Shown here: positions 24,543 to 24,905 of the stretch, piece after piece
How the letters are laid out: each line of letters begins with the position of its first letter
Position numbering within the stretch: the stretch's first letter is position 1
IMG/VR virus record: IMGVR_UViG_3300030376_003337
Span: 1-24,905 of that record
Strand: one strand, 5' to 3'
From: a virus
Taxonomy: Duplodnaviria; Caudoviricetes
DNA: 24,905 nt
Notes under the pieces: generated by a model
Databases searched by the model: none
What the model saw: only the letters and a program-made list of their open reading frames with translations
Told to the model about the DNA's origin: nothing
Translations under genes and position numbers: made by a program

Positions 24543-24905
24543 TTACGCTCCAAATGCAAATGCACCAGTAGTAGCGTCTGCTGCGCCACCCATTTTAGAT
24601 GCAATGTGCCATGTTCCATCTTCAAAACACATAAAAGCAATCATGCTTCCTGTTGTAAAAAGATTTGTAGCTGCGTCTACAGGTGTGAAGACTAATGATG
24701 TTTCACCTGCTGCTGAAGTATCATAAGTTACTTCTGCTGCTGCTCTTGATTCTATTAAAGAACCAGTAGCCCAAACATCATCGCCAGCTGCATTAAAAGT
24801 TAAAGTGTTAGTTCCACCAGCTGTATCTTTTGATTGAACATAAACAGCGATTGCTCCTGAAGTTGCTGCAGGTAGTGCTACTGCACAAGCTGCTGCTCCA
24901 GTGTA
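24543..24905 (-). CDS. 3' part (partial) of a probable capsid-associated/decoration protein
   Basis: Own translation gives YTGAAACAVALPAATSGAIAVYVQSKDTAGGTNTLTFNAAG...FMCFEDGTWHIASKMGGAADATTGAFAFGA*. The frame is open to the window edge and is followed by the UUCG hairpin, as expected after highly expressed head genes. Confidence 0.55.
   Translation of the reverse strand, partial: YTGAAACAVALPAATSGAIAVYVQSKDTAGGTNTLTFNAAGDDVWATGSLIESRAAAEVTYDTSAAGETSLVFTPVDAATNLFTTGSMIAFMCFEDGTWHIASKMGGAADATTGAFAFGA

Overview
AT-rich dsDNA tailed-phage DNA. The gene order and protein motifs best match marine podoviruses of the HTVC010P-like (SAR11/pelagiphage) type; this rests on recalled homologues, not a search. 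Almost the whole window is one minus-strand virion morphogenesis module. In transcription order (right to left) it holds: capsid-associated proteins, two head-tail adaptor-like proteins, tail and fibre proteins, two paralogous glycine-rich (polyglycine-II type) fibre/adhesin proteins flanking a small putative chaperone, three different 2OG-Fe(II) oxygenases, a tail nozzle-like protein, small translationally coupled genes, Cys-free putative ejection proteins, and a peptidase M15 endolysin. It converges on the 3' end of a plus-strand SNF2-like helicase. The most notable observations are two apparent in-frame gene fusions (about 696 and 7031), a fibre-plus-triple-oxygenase cassette that may post-translationally modify the fibres, a recurring [AK]xGG peptide motif in the ejection proteins, a structured intergenic RNA element whose CCACCAC loop is complementary to Gly-codon runs, a dispersed GC-rich DNA motif written with rare codons, and sigma70 promoters encoded in the last codons of genes. 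No tRNA, rRNA, CRISPR array, integrase or transposase was seen.
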